From NCBI GenBank assembly GCA_963837175.1, contig CAWIMJ010000044.1, forward strand, positions 1 through 19,447: DNA of 19,447 nucleotides, written 5' to 3'. This document shows, in pieces, positions 19,380 through 19,447 of this stretch; positions within the stretch are counted from its first letter, which is position 1, and each line of letters starts with the position of its first letter. The position numbers and the translations under genes were made by a program. Source of the stretch: an uncultured Nitrososphaeraceae archaeon (GTDB lineage Archaea > Thermoproteota > Nitrososphaeria > Nitrososphaerales > Nitrososphaeraceae). Under the pieces are notes generated by a model. The model had not been told where the DNA came from, ran no database searches, and saw only the letters and a list, made by a program, of their open reading frames with translations.

Positions 19380-19447
19380 GCTGCATTATTAGATTGGACA
19401 ATCCATAACTCATTTTTTATTGAATAGAAGTAAAGTAAATGCAATTG

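Overview
AT-rich, low-coding-density window that looks archaeal, most likely a soil ammonia-oxidising archaeon of the Nitrososphaeraceae. This is inferred from TATA-like boxes about 25-35 nt upstream of starts, Asn/Gln-rich linkers and the style of the sensor kinase, NHL, YsnF and solute-binding proteins. Intact genes encode an NHL beta-propeller with near-identical 141-bp internal DNA repeats, a DsbA-like oxidoreductase, a YsnF/AvaK (DUF2382)-like protein, an AlkA-type glycosylase, an amidase, a YjbQ/UPF0047 protein, a DUF4760-like protein, a small Cys-rich protein and a secreted hypothetical protein. Three long genes (a winged-helix membrane protein, a histidine kinase and a sugar-type solute-binding protein) are each split by a single 1-nt frameshift. 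The apparent intergenic DNA holds gene relics absent or only partly shown in the ORF track: a GC-rich bacterial-type thioredoxin-reductase C-terminal fragment, a decayed Cache-like sensor facing the orphan solute-binding protein, and a chimeric HTH / Rep_trans-like relic. No rRNA, tRNA, CRISPR array or intact transposase was seen. Family assignments come from motif recognition only; no searches were run.
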